Of a stretch of DNA of 64,000 bases, positions 27,274 to 35,597 are shown in pieces. Below the pieces are notes generated by a model. That model saw nothing but the letters and a program-made list of their open reading frames with translations. It did not search any database and was not told the DNA's origin. The stretch is from contig JBBRLR010000004.1 of NCBI GenBank assembly GCA_038231255.1, forward strand, positions 17,489-81,488, read 5' to 3'. This DNA comes from Thermomicrobiales bacterium. Its GTDB lineage: Bacteria > Chloroflexota > Chloroflexia > Thermomicrobiales > JALYUS01. The position numbers were made by a program, and so were the translations under genes. The first letter of the stretch is position 1. Each line of letters starts with the position of its first letter.

Positions 27274-27387
27274 ACGCAGAGCGCGCAGACATCGCAGAGG
27301 GGAGAAGAGAACGAACGAAGTGTCTTGAACCGAGAGTTCCTACTTGTTCTCTCTGCGTTCTCTGCGTCCTCTGTGCTCTCTGCGTTA
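27273..27387. repeat. Long decamer-arm hairpin (copy F2)
   Basis: gaacgcagagcgcgcagacatcgcagagg ... ctctctgcgttctctgcgtcctctgtgctctctgcgtt. The GH2 stop TGA (27271-27273) abuts the arm. Confidence 0.85.
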
Positions 27388-27418
27388 CCGTTCCCTTTTC
27401 GCCGAGTGGAGGTAGTAC

Positions 27419-28456
27419 ATGCGGACGGTGCGGGTGGCGCTGGTGGGGTTCGGGAATGTTGGGCAGGCGCTGGCGGACCTGCTCGAACAGCGGGCGGACG
27501 TGCTCTACCGCCGGTACCACCTTGACATCAGCATGACGGGGATCGCTACCGCGCGGCACGGCACGATCATCGCGCCGGAAGGGGTGGACCTCGCGCGGAC
27601 GGTCGCGGCAATCGAGGATGATCCGGCGGCGCGGTTGCCGGGCGCGCTGGCGGGCGACATCGCCATGCCCGCCTTTATCGCCACCGTGCCCGCCGACATC
27701 ATCGTCGAACTCAGCCCGCTCGCGCCGGAAAGCGGCCAGCCCGCCATCCGCCACTGCGAGACGGCCCTGCGCAACGGCAAGCACGTCGTGACCGCCAATA
27801 AAGGCCCCGTCGCCTATGCCTATCGCCGCCTGCGCGATCTCGCCGTCAGCCAGCATCGCCAATTTCGCTTCGAGTCCGCCGTGATGGATGGCGCGCCGAT
27901 CTTCGCGCTCGTCGAAAAGGCGCTGCCCGCGACCGAGGTGCGCGGCTTCCGGGGCGTCATCAACAGCACCTCGAACCTTGTCCTGACGATGATGGCGGCG
28001 GGGCAAACGCTGGCGGAAGCCGTCGCGGAGGCGCAACGGCTCGGCGTCACCGAGGCCGACCCCGCCTACGACCTCGACGGCTGGGACGCGGCGGTCAAGG
28101 TCTGCGCGCTGATGAACGCGCTGATGGACGCCGATGTGCGCCCCGCCGACATCGAGCGCACCGGCATCGGCGGCATCACCGTGGACGATCTCGCCGCAGC
28201 GGCTCAGGCGGGCAACGCGATCAAACTGGTTGCGGAAGCGTGGCAAGCGCGGGACGGCACGCCGCATGGCCGCGTCGCGCCGCAAACCCTGCCGCTCGCC
28301 GACCCGCTCGCCACGCTGGCGGGCACGTCCAATATGCTCATCCTCCGCACCGACACGATGGGCGACCTCGCCATCGGCGAGTACGATGGCGGCACTCCGC
28401 AGACCGCCTACGGCGTCCTCGCCGACATCCTCCACATCACGATGAGCGAAGCGTGA
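27419..28456 (+). CDS. hom: Homoserine dehydrogenase (no ACT domain)
   Basis: VRVALVGFGNVGQAL (NAD site) and GVINSTSNLVLTMMAAGQTLAEAVAEAQRLGVTEADPAYDLDGWDAAVK (catalytic domain signature). Confidence 0.85.
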   Translation: MRTVRVALVGFGNVGQALADLLEQRADVLYRRYHLDISMTGIATARHGTIIAPEGVDLARTVAAIEDDPAARLPGALAGDIAMPAFIATVPADIIVELSPLAPESGQPAIRHCETALRNGKHVVTANKGPVAYAYRRLRDLAVSQHRQFRFESAVMDGAPIFALVEKALPATEVRGFRGVINSTSNLVLTMMAAGQTLAEAVAEAQRLGVTEADPAYDLDGWDAAVKVCALMNALMDADVRPADIERTGIGGITVDDLAAAAQAGNAIKLVAEAWQARDGTPHGRVAPQTLPLADPLATLAGTSNMLILRTDTMGDLAIGEYDGGTPQTAYGVLADILHITMSEA

Positions 28457-28457
28457 C

Positions 28458-28588
28458 GAAACCGCAGAGCCGCAGAGGACGCAGAACGGAATCCGGTGGT
28501 GGCGGGCTCCGGGTACCCTCTGGGTGGCATGCCGCTCTGGTGCAGGCTAAAGCCCGCCACCACCAGGAAAATCGCCCCAACTGCGTAA
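28458..28588. repeat. Half decamer-arm (F3) followed by a ggtggtggcgggct...agcccgccaccacc hairpin carrying the MITE core in reverse
   Basis: 28458-28489 is accgcagagccgcagaggacgcagaacgg with no partner arm. The stem spans 28495-28564. The interior rev-comp ggcatgccacccagagggtacccgga matches the MITE core. The tail caactgcgtaa is shared with 41292-41354. Confidence 0.75.
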
Positions 28589-28617
28589 CCCCCAATGCAT
28601 GGCTCATTGCTCATTGC

Positions 28618-29163
28618 TCACATCGTTAGGCGGGCGTAGCGGCTGCGGTAGGCGAGGAGCGGTTCGCCGTCGTTTTCGGCGAAGGCGAGGACTTCGCCGA
28701 CGAAGATGCGGTGATCGCCGCCCCGATAGGTGGCATGGAGGCGGCAATCGAACGACGCAATGGCGGCGCGCAGGAGCGGCGCACCCGTGGTCGCCGTGCG
28801 GTACGGCACACCGCTGAACGTCGCGTTGACGAGCGGCGCGCGGTTGGCGAAGCGATCCGCGAGGAATTCGTCATCCTCCGGTAGCACATTAACCGCAAAC
28901 GCGCCCGCTTCCTCGATCATCGCGACGAACGACGAGGTGGCGACGATGCAGACGAGTACGAGCGGCGGTGCGAGCGAGACGAAGGAGAAGCTGCTCGCCG
29001 TAATCCCCCGGAAGCCGAGCGCACTCCGTGTTGTTACGACCGTCACGCCCGCCGCGAACCGTCCCACCGCCCGCCCGAACGCCTCCGCATCGAACGCCGC
29101 GCCCGTCTCATCCATTGTGCTCGCCTCATTTTCGGTTCGATGTGCGTGACCCAGCCTGTTCAT
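28618..29163 (-). CDS. Flavin reductase (FMN-binding split-barrel)
   Basis: FGRAVGRFAAGVTVVTT and GITASSFSFVSLAPPLVLVCI. ATG 29163 overlaps the upstream gene's stop as ATGA. ATG 29115 is an alternative. Confidence 0.8.
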   Translation of the reverse strand: MNRLGHAHRTENEASTMDETGAAFDAEAFGRAVGRFAAGVTVVTTRSALGFRGITASSFSFVSLAPPLVLVCIVATSSFVAMIEEAGAFAVNVLPEDDEFLADRFANRAPLVNATFSGVPYRTATTGAPLLRAAIASFDCRLHATYRGGDHRIFVGEVLAFAENDGEPLLAYRSRYARLTM

Positions 29164-29789
29164 TTCGCGAACAGGAAGGAGACAAGGCGCGGCGCGTGCT
29201 GATCGTCGTCGTGCCACCATTCCTTAAGGCCGGTCAGGGTGAAGCCGACGCGCGTCGCTGCATCGAGAAAGTCAGACAGGTGATGCACGAAGGCCGGAGG
29301 TTCGATGCGCGCCTGATCCCGCTGGAACGCGGCTTTGCTGCCCGTGTACTGCTTGAATGGGTGCAATTCGCAGACAAACATCTGGCCCGCAGGCGCCAGC
29401 GTCCGTGCCGCCTCGGCGAAAACAACGGAAAGATCGGCGATGTGTTCAAGTACCAGGTTGCAGACGATCAAATCCACCGACTGATCGGCGCAGGGCCAGG
29501 GCTGCATGAGGTCCGCTGCCGCGAAGGTCACGTTGGGGCCGAACCCCTTGGCTCTGGCCTGCGCAAGCATGCCTTCTGAGAAATCAATGGCATGGACACG
29601 GTCGCTAATCTGCGCGAGCAAGTACGTATTCTTGCCGGTGCCGCAGCCAATTTCGAGGATGGAGCGGTAGCGCCGCCCGGCGAGAACGGTGCGGGTGACC
29701 GTCTGATCGAGATCGCGGGTCAGGTTGCGATCGGTGTCGTAGGTGGTGGCCCACTGCGTGTATGCGGTTTGGACAGGTGAAAGAGTCAT
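29160..29789 (-). CDS. Class I SAM-dependent methyltransferase
   Basis: ILEIGCGTGKNT, VHAIDFSEGML, DLIVCNLVLEHI. Confidence 0.85.
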   Translation of the reverse strand: MTLSPVQTAYTQWATTYDTDRNLTRDLDQTVTRTVLAGRRYRSILEIGCGTGKNTYLLAQISDRVHAIDFSEGMLAQARAKGFGPNVTFAAADLMQPWPCADQSVDLIVCNLVLEHIADLSVVFAEAARTLAPAGQMFVCELHPFKQYTGSKAAFQRDQARIEPPAFVHHLSDFLDAATRVGFTLTGLKEWWHDDDQHAPRLVSFLFAK

Positions 29790-29968
29790 CGGCGGCTCCA
29801 GGACCTGAAAGAGGCGCTACCGGGTCCGATGGGGCAAGGCAGCGAACACGATCACCGGTACAGCATACCAGACGATGATCGTCACTTTGGAGAAGGCCTC
29901 CGCCACGGTGGATGCAAACACGCGCCGGGACGCAACGTGTCTCGGTTTCAAGCGCGAGTCCACGACTG

Positions 29969-30013
29969 GAGAAAGGGAACAGGCCGGGAGAGCATATCTC
30001 CCGGCCTGTTCCC
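29969..30013 (-). terminator. Hairpin terminator candidate
   Basis: Perfect 15-bp stem gggaacaggccggga / tcccggcctgttccc with a 9-nt loop, followed on the minus strand by tttctcc. It lies 18 nt downstream of the ORF ending at 30031. Confidence 0.5.
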
Positions 30014-30030
30014 TGTCCATGTGATGAGTC

Positions 30031-30234
30031 TTAGCGGGTACCGCGCCGCTCCCGCCGCATCTCGGGCAGGGCGTCCGTGCGGATCAGATGCTGCTGCCAC
30101 TGCGCGGCAAACTCCACCGTCCGCTCGACATCCCCGAGCGGCGACAGGACCGCCCGCCCGAACGCGCGGATACCCGCCCGCATCTTCTGTGTGTCCATCT
30201 TTGATAAGCCCTTTCCCGGCATCGCTGCCGTCAT
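30031..30234 (-). CDS. Hypothetical small protein (67 aa)
   Basis: 3' part of ORF 30031..30480 (MTAAMPGKGLSKMDTQKMRAGIRAFGRAVLSPLGDVERTVEFAAQWQQHLIRTDALPEMRRERRGTR), followed by a strong hairpin. Start uncertain, no family recognised. Confidence 0.35.
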   Translation of the reverse strand: MTAAMPGKGLSKMDTQKMRAGIRAFGRAVLSPLGDVERTVEFAAQWQQHLIRTDALPEMRRERRGTR

Positions 30235-30445
30235 ATCGAGAAAGAACGACTCCGCTATTCGCGGCGCAATTCCCTCTAAACAAGACAGTACCATGCAGGG
30301 ATGGATTGTGCAACTGTTCACAATGTTAGGAAAATGTGAGCCGGTTTGTGCGTACGTTCGCGGTGCGTCGTGCGATTTGGCTCTGTGAACAAAGCGACAA
30401 TCGGCGAGTTGTGCGATTGACAAACCGGGGAGAACGGCAAAGAAA

Positions 30446-30543
30446 GGGGGAGTTGAACCACGAAGGCGCGAAGAGCACAAAGGGAGAGGAGAGAGGGAGT
30501 TGATTTTTTCGTTCCATCTTCGCGCCTTCGTGGTTCAACTCCC
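30446..30543. repeat. Long decamer-arm hairpin (copy F4)
   Basis: gggggagttgaaccacgaaggcgcgaagagcacaaaggg ... ccatcttcgcgccttcgtggttcaactccc. The right arm encodes the last codons and TGA of the epimerase gene. Confidence 0.8.
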
Positions 30544-31266
30544 TTTTTCAATCTGGGCGGCGTACCGCTCGGCGTCGTCCTCGGGTTGGTAGCCGAGTTG
30601 CTCCTGGGTCGGGCCGATGTCCCAGTAGCGCCGGGTGTTGCCGGAGATCGCGTAGAAGATGCCCCAGGTGAGCGGCGTCTCGATGGCGCGCCACGCCAGT
30701 TGCGCCATGTCGCGCGGGGAGAGCCAGGTGCTGAGGTTGCGGACATTCGTCGGCTCCGGCAGCCACGAGCCGATGCGCAGGCAGATCACTTCCAGGCCGT
30801 GCTCGTCCACATAAAGGCGGGCGATCGCCTCGCCGAACGCCTTGGACGCGCCGTAGTAGCCGTCCGGGCGTACCGGCATGTCCGGGTAGCAGGGGCGACC
30901 CTTTAGTTCGTAGTAGCCCGTGACGTGGTTGGTCGTCGCGAAGACCATCCGATGTACGCCCTCATGCCGCATCGCCTCCAGCACCGTGTACTGGCCGACG
31001 ATGTTGTTGTTGAGGGCATCTTCCCACGGCGTTTGCACGGCGGAGGATGCCGCAAGATGGATCACGGCGTCGCAGCCGCGCATCGCGGCGCGCATTCCGT
31101 CCATGTCGGTGAGATCGGTCTGGACGATCTCTTCGCCCTCCCGCGCGGGGCCGACGGGTGTCCCGCCCGGCCGCTCCTGCAGACGCAGCGCGTACCGCCC
31201 TTTCAGCAGTTCCCGGAGCGACTCCCCGATCTTCCCACTTGCGCCGGTCATCAAAACCTTTTTCAT
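30535..31266 (-). CDS. NAD-dependent epimerase/dehydratase (SDR family)
   Basis: MKKVLMTGASGKIGESL (Rossmann GxxGxxG) and a YGASK catalytic motif. Confidence 0.85.
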   Translation of the reverse strand: MKKVLMTGASGKIGESLRELLKGRYALRLQERPGGTPVGPAREGEEIVQTDLTDMDGMRAAMRGCDAVIHLAASSAVQTPWEDALNNNIVGQYTVLEAMRHEGVHRMVFATTNHVTGYYELKGRPCYPDMPVRPDGYYGASKAFGEAIARLYVDEHGLEVICLRIGSWLPEPTNVRNLSTWLSPRDMAQLAWRAIETPLTWGIFYAISGNTRRYWDIGPTQEQLGYQPEDDAERYAAQIEKGS

Positions 31267-31428
31267 CTCCGCCTCCAGATAGGACTAAGGGCTACGGACT
31301 GAGGACTGAGTATAGCGCATCGTTGCATTTGCATTGGGGCTGGGGAGACGGGCTGTTTGCCGCAGTCGCTCACACCGTTTACCATGCGGCGGGCGGCGAT
31401 GTGGGCGATGCCAAAGGAGCGGTGTGCG

Positions 31429-31893
31429 ATGTCCTACGATGTGTACGTCAACCTGAAGTACGACGATGACGTCGTCCGGCGCATCGTGGACATCGCGCCG
31501 CGCGTAGATTTCTTCGGCGATGGTGAAACGCTGACCTTCGCGCCGAGTGACTTCGCGCCGCACAACGACCGCTTCCGGAGCACGCCGGAGCATCAGTTCA
31601 TCGTCGAGCAGAGCAGCGGCACGCTCGACAGCCACGGCTTTCTTATCATCATCAACCGTGCCGGTCGCTCCCTCGCCCTCCACGATAACGGGCCGAGCGG
31701 GTTTGCCCATGCCCGCGAGACGATCCGCGATTTCAGCGCCTGGGTGCGCGCGCATGTGCCGGGCGCGAAGTTCAATGTTGCCAGCATTGCCAGCACCGAT
31801 GGCTACGCGGATTATGCCTACGTCGGCGCGATGGGAGGCTGGCAAGTCACCGACGCGGGCAACGGCCTCAATCCTGCCGCTGCGGCGATCTGA
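31429..31893 (+). CDS. Hypothetical protein (154 aa)
   Basis: ATG 31429 (MSYDVYVNLKYDDD) preceded by aaaggagcggtgtgcg. Codon bias is consistent with coding. No family recognised. Confidence 0.6.
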   Translation: MSYDVYVNLKYDDDVVRRIVDIAPRVDFFGDGETLTFAPSDFAPHNDRFRSTPEHQFIVEQSSGTLDSHGFLIIINRAGRSLALHDNGPSGFAHARETIRDFSAWVRAHVPGAKFNVASIASTDGYADYAYVGAMGGWQVTDAGNGLNPAAAAI

Positions 31894-32037
31894 GAAAACC
31901 TCACCCCCATCCCTTCGCCATCGCAATGGCGAGGGGTGCCTCCTCTGAACTGTCGTGACATTCCTCATACGTCCCGATCTACTGGAGGTCATTCCCCCTC
32001 TCCATCGCAATAGAGAGGGGCAGGGGGGTGAGGTTTC
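31894..32037. repeat. Nested double hairpin of the cccctctccat family (copy G3)
   Basis: The outer arms gaaaacctcaccccc / gggggtgaggtttc enclose ccttcgccatcgcaatggcgagggg and ccctctccatcgcaatagagagggg. Confidence 0.8.
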
Positions 32038-32117
32038 TCGACCCGACTGTTATACTCGTCCCTGCAATGAGAGCGTGTGTGTATCCACGGCGTATACGTC
32101 GTTGCCGGGGGCGTGGC

Positions 32118-32759
32118 ATGGTGCAAAAAACGATCCGGCTACCCCGCGCCGAGCGGCGCAGACAGATATTGACGATCGCCGCGCAGGCATTCGCGGAGCG
32201 CGGATTCAGCGGCGTGACAATGGAGGAGATCGCCGGGCGCGTCGGCGTGACGCGTCTGATCCTGTATCGCGCTTTCGCTTCCAAGGAAGATTTGTATCGT
32301 GCCATTCTCAGCGACACCGCAGCCCGACTGACCGACGCAATGGCGGAGGCCGTCGCGCTCCCCACCGCCCCGAGCGGCGCTGCCCTCCGCGCCTACCTCG
32401 ACGCGGCCCGCTGGAACCCGGCGGCGTTCATGCTCCTGTTCACAGGCGCGGCGGAAAGCCCGCTCGGCATTGAGATCGAGGCAGCGCGCCATCGGGTGCG
32501 TGAGGAGATCGCGCGGCAGGCGCTCACCCAAGCTGCGAAGGAGGGGATCACTCCCGACCCCTTCTGGTCGCCCCTCGTCGCCGAACTGACCTTCGCCATC
32601 GTCGAGCACGGTACGCAACGGTGGCTGGACGCTGCGCCGACCCCGGCCGCCGATGATGCATTCGTTGAATACCTCCAGCGCGGCGTGAGCGGCATGTTGG
32701 GTGGCATCGCGGCGGGCCACTTCAATTTGCGTTTCCCCGCTGGCCGTGCCCGCAACTGA
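32118..32759 (+). CDS. TetR family transcriptional regulator
   Basis: RRRQILTIAAQAFAERGFSGVTMEEIAGRVGVTRLILYRAFASKEDLY is a canonical TetR N-terminal HTH. Confidence 0.85.
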   Translation: MVQKTIRLPRAERRRQILTIAAQAFAERGFSGVTMEEIAGRVGVTRLILYRAFASKEDLYRAILSDTAARLTDAMAEAVALPTAPSGAALRAYLDAARWNPAAFMLLFTGAAESPLGIEIEAARHRVREEIARQALTQAAKEGITPDPFWSPLVAELTFAIVEHGTQRWLDAAPTPAADDAFVEYLQRGVSGMLGGIAAGHFNLRFPAGRARN

Positions 32760-32817
32760 TTCCCGGCGCGACATACCCGATTGGCGCGTCATATCCCGCC
32801 ATGTGTTTGCGTTCGTC

Positions 32818-33471
32818 CTACCGCGCAACGAGGCTGTTCGCGAGCATGATGTGGAGGATCGTTGGGCGAAGATCGGGATGATCGAGAGGGATAATCCGAT
32901 CGGGTGGGCAGACGAGATCGTCCCGCGTACCCTCGTAGAGGGCGAGGGCAATCTCGTGGTTGTGCGCGTTCGGATAAAGTATTCCGTCAATGTCCGGGTA
33001 GGTCGCCGGGGTTTCGTAGAAATACCGCGACCAGGGCTGCGAAAGCGTGTGATCGCATGCGGCAACGGCGGCGACGGTACCCGCGTTCATCGCCGCTTTC
33101 CCGCGAAGGTCCAAGAGGCGGAGATTCCGCCAGACGACCGGCGTCGCGATGTGCCAATGCGCGAATTCGACGATGCCCGTGTCGCCGAAGATTTCGACGA
33201 GACACGAGGAGAGTCCGTTCGATTGGTCGGTTGACCAGCCGCCGTAATAGATCCCGCGCGCGGGATCATCCGTTGGCTTGCCGGTGGCCGCATCGCGCCG
33301 GTGGTGATCGAATCGCCATTTGGGACCGTGATAGCGGAAGGAGAGCGCCGTCTGGCGATACCGGCTCGTCGGATCGAACAAACGAACAAGCGCGGCGCCG
33401 GATGGCACCGCGCAGAATTTCGGGTATAAGCGGCGGGTCGGGTCGGGCGGAGGTGGGCTGACGACGACCAC
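32818..33471 (-). CDS. RES domain toxin (ParT/MbcT class)
   Basis: WRFDHH (Arg), GIYYGGWS...LSSCLVEIFGD (Glu), and DGILYPNAHNHEIALALY, where the family Ser position appears to be Asn. GTG start 1 nt after the antitoxin stop. Confidence 0.75.
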   Translation of the reverse strand: MVVVSPPPPDPTRRLYPKFCAVPSGAALVRLFDPTSRYRQTALSFRYHGPKWRFDHHRRDAATGKPTDDPARGIYYGGWSTDQSNGLSSCLVEIFGDTGIVEFAHWHIATPVVWRNLRLLDLRGKAAMNAGTVAAVAACDHTLSQPWSRYFYETPATYPDIDGILYPNAHNHEIALALYEGTRDDLVCPPDRIIPLDHPDLRPTILHIMLANSLVAR

Positions 33472-33472
33472 G

Positions 33473-34129
33473 CTAGTTCACCCCAACAGCCTCAGCGAGT
33501 GCAATGATCCGCGCGACATCGCCCCGTTTCAGTACATCGAGCGGGGACGCACCCTCCAGATGCTGATTCGCGCGCGTGAGCCAGCTCACCTTCGCGAGCG
33601 GCGATACGTCGAGCGCCTTGAGCGCCATCGGCAAGCCCGCGACGACGCCATCCGGCCCCTCGGCATCGAATTGCCAGAGCGGAAAGTACCACGCGCCGCG
33701 ATCCTGCACGCCCAGCAAGGTGCCGCTCTCGACGCGGTCGTGGGGGGTTTGCCGACTTGTCCCCAGCAGCTTCGCCACCTGCGGCGCCGTAATCGCATCC
33801 TTCAGCAACTCACGCCGCCGTGCGAACGACGCGGTCAGCACGCGTGTTTCCAACTCGACGATCTCGATGGGGGTGTAGGTCCGCCCACCGGTAAGGGTAT
33901 TGATGAGATCGGCATGGGACGCATCGGGGGCGCGTGTTTCGAGCGCGCGCTCGACGCGAGAAAGCGCTTCGGTCTGCTCTGCGGGATCGAGGTCGTTTAA
34001 TCGGGACTCGATGCCCCGCGCGGCCTTGATGATCGTTGGCCGGTCCTTTTTGTTGTACCGCGTCGGATCCGTGATCTGGATAGCGATCATCGTCTTTCCG
34101 TGAACCCTTTCCTGCACCTGACCGGTCAC
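33473..34129 (-). CDS. Xre/MbcA/ParS-type antitoxin (HTH plus DUF2384-like toxin-binding C-terminus)
   Basis: The C-terminus VSWLTRANQHLEGASPLDVLKRGDVARIIALAEAVG matches the DUF2384 pattern. The middle ITAPQVAKLLGTSRQTPHDRVESGTLLGV is an HTH. The start may be ATG 34090. Confidence 0.75.
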   Translation of the reverse strand: MTGQVQERVHGKTMIAIQITDPTRYNKKDRPTIIKAARGIESRLNDLDPAEQTEALSRVERALETRAPDASHADLINTLTGGRTYTPIEIVELETRVLTASFARRRELLKDAITAPQVAKLLGTSRQTPHDRVESGTLLGVQDRGAWYFPLWQFDAEGPDGVVAGLPMALKALDVSPLAKVSWLTRANQHLEGASPLDVLKRGDVARIIALAEAVGVN

Positions 34130-34179
34130 CTAAAGGAAGAATAACACGCGGCGTCAGAGATGTCAAGGCGCAAGAGATG

Positions 34180-35445
34180 TCAAGTGTTTGGGGTGTCGTT
34201 GCGTGCGTTGCGCGTCGCACCTGGCGCGTTGAGATCGCGGAATACGGGGAGGGCGAGCAGCACCACCGTGGTGAGCGCGAACAAGGCGCCGATGCCAAGA
34301 AAGAGTGTCCGCAGCCCGATTGGGTCAATGAGCACGCCCGCGACGCCCCGTCCAAGCGGAATGAAGGCGAAGGAGAGCGCCGTGGTGATCCCCTGAACTC
34401 GACCGAGCAGCGCGGGTGGCACTCGTTCCTGCCGGATCGTTGTGGTCAGCGGGTTGACCATGCCGACGGCAAGGCCGTAGACGAATGTGACCGCGACAAG
34501 CGCGACGAAGGGTAGACGCAAAGCGAGCGCGCTGAAAGTGATCGCTCCACCGATTGGGTAGAGCGCCAACACGCCCAACCGGGGCAGGCGGTGCCCGATG
34601 GCGGCGAACAGGAACGAACTGACGATGGCGCCCGCACCGAGCGCCGCGAGGATCGCCCCGAAACTGACCGCCGTGCCGAAGGCGCGCTTCGCGTAGACGG
34701 CGAGCAGCAGCGACCACGGCGCTTCGATCAGGTTGGTGAACAAGAAGAGCACGGTGAGCGCGCGCAGCGTCCGGTCGCCGGCGAGGAAGCGCCACCCCTC
34801 GGCGAGATCGGCGAAATATCGGCGCGGCCCGGTACCGCGTGGCGCGGTGTACATGCGATGGGGGATGATCACGCCGATCACCGCAGCGGAGAAGGCGAAC
34901 GACGCGGCATCGAGCCAGAGGACATTGCTCGCGCCGAAGACGGCAATCAGGACACCGGCGAGCGGTGGCCCGAAGAGGATCGCGAAACGCGGTACGGACT
35001 GGACGACCGCATTAGCCCGTTCCAGCCGCATCCCGGCGAAGGCCGCGAGATCGGGGACGAGGCTCTCTCGCGCGGTGCTCCCCGGTGTATTGAAGAGATT
35101 AGCGAGGAAGGTGAGCGCGAGCAGTTGCCAGAAGGCCAGCCCAACCGTGTGATAAAGCAGAGGGATCAGGGCGATGGTCAGGCCGCTTGTCAGGTCCGCC
35201 AGCACGCTTGTGCGTTTAAAACCGAGCCGGTCCACGAGCGTGCCGCCGAAGATGCCGCCGAAAATGAATGGGAGTGTCGCGAAAACGCCCGTCAGCCCCG
35301 TCTTCGCCGCGCTGTTCGTTGTTTGTAGGACGAACCACGGGATCGCGACACTGGTCAGCATGCTGCCGGTAAGCGAGACGATTCCTGCGACGGTCAGCGA
35401 GGCGATCGGCAGTCGTTGTGTCGGTGTCGCGTGCGTGATCGCCAT
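34180..35445 (-). CDS. MFS transporter
   Basis: 421 aa with about 12 TM segments and MFS motif GGTLVDRLGFKRT. Confidence 0.85.
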   Translation of the reverse strand: MAITHATPTQRLPIASLTVAGIVSLTGSMLTSVAIPWFVLQTTNSAAKTGLTGVFATLPFIFGGIFGGTLVDRLGFKRTSVLADLTSGLTIALIPLLYHTVGLAFWQLLALTFLANLFNTPGSTARESLVPDLAAFAGMRLERANAVVQSVPRFAILFGPPLAGVLIAVFGASNVLWLDAASFAFSAAVIGVIIPHRMYTAPRGTGPRRYFADLAEGWRFLAGDRTLRALTVLFLFTNLIEAPWSLLLAVYAKRAFGTAVSFGAILAALGAGAIVSSFLFAAIGHRLPRLGVLALYPIGGAITFSALALRLPFVALVAVTFVYGLAVGMVNPLTTTIRQERVPPALLGRVQGITTALSFAFIPLGRGVAGVLIDPIGLRTLFLGIGALFALTTVVLLALPVFRDLNAPGATRNARNDTPNT

Positions 35446-35544
35446 CCTGCGTTACTCCTCCATCGTGACATCTCACGAAGAGCGTAGTACAAGATATTGA
35501 TTTTGTCAATAACAGAATGAATTTTATTGAGCATAGAGTGACAT

Positions 35545-35580
35545 TAAAAAGAAATCGGGCAGGTACATCACCTGCCCGAT
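35545..35580 (-). terminator. Rho-independent terminator of the cysM-mec-cysO/moeZ operon
   Basis: Minus strand: tcgggcaggt gatgt acctgcccga followed by tttcttttt, 18 nt after the stop at 35598. Confidence 0.75.
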
Positions 35581-35597
35581 GGAGGAAACGAAAGTCA

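Noticed and set aside
27273-27387. Tandem short units in the long hairpin arms as a possible CRISPR array.
   Set aside because: The units are 9-10 nt, degenerate and contiguous with no spacers. Each locus is an inverted repeat, and no cas genes are present.
29817-30020. 67-aa ORF overlapping the perfect hairpin at 29975-30013.
   Set aside because: Its 5' third is the hairpin itself, it has no RBS, and only a weak hydrophobic tail supports it.
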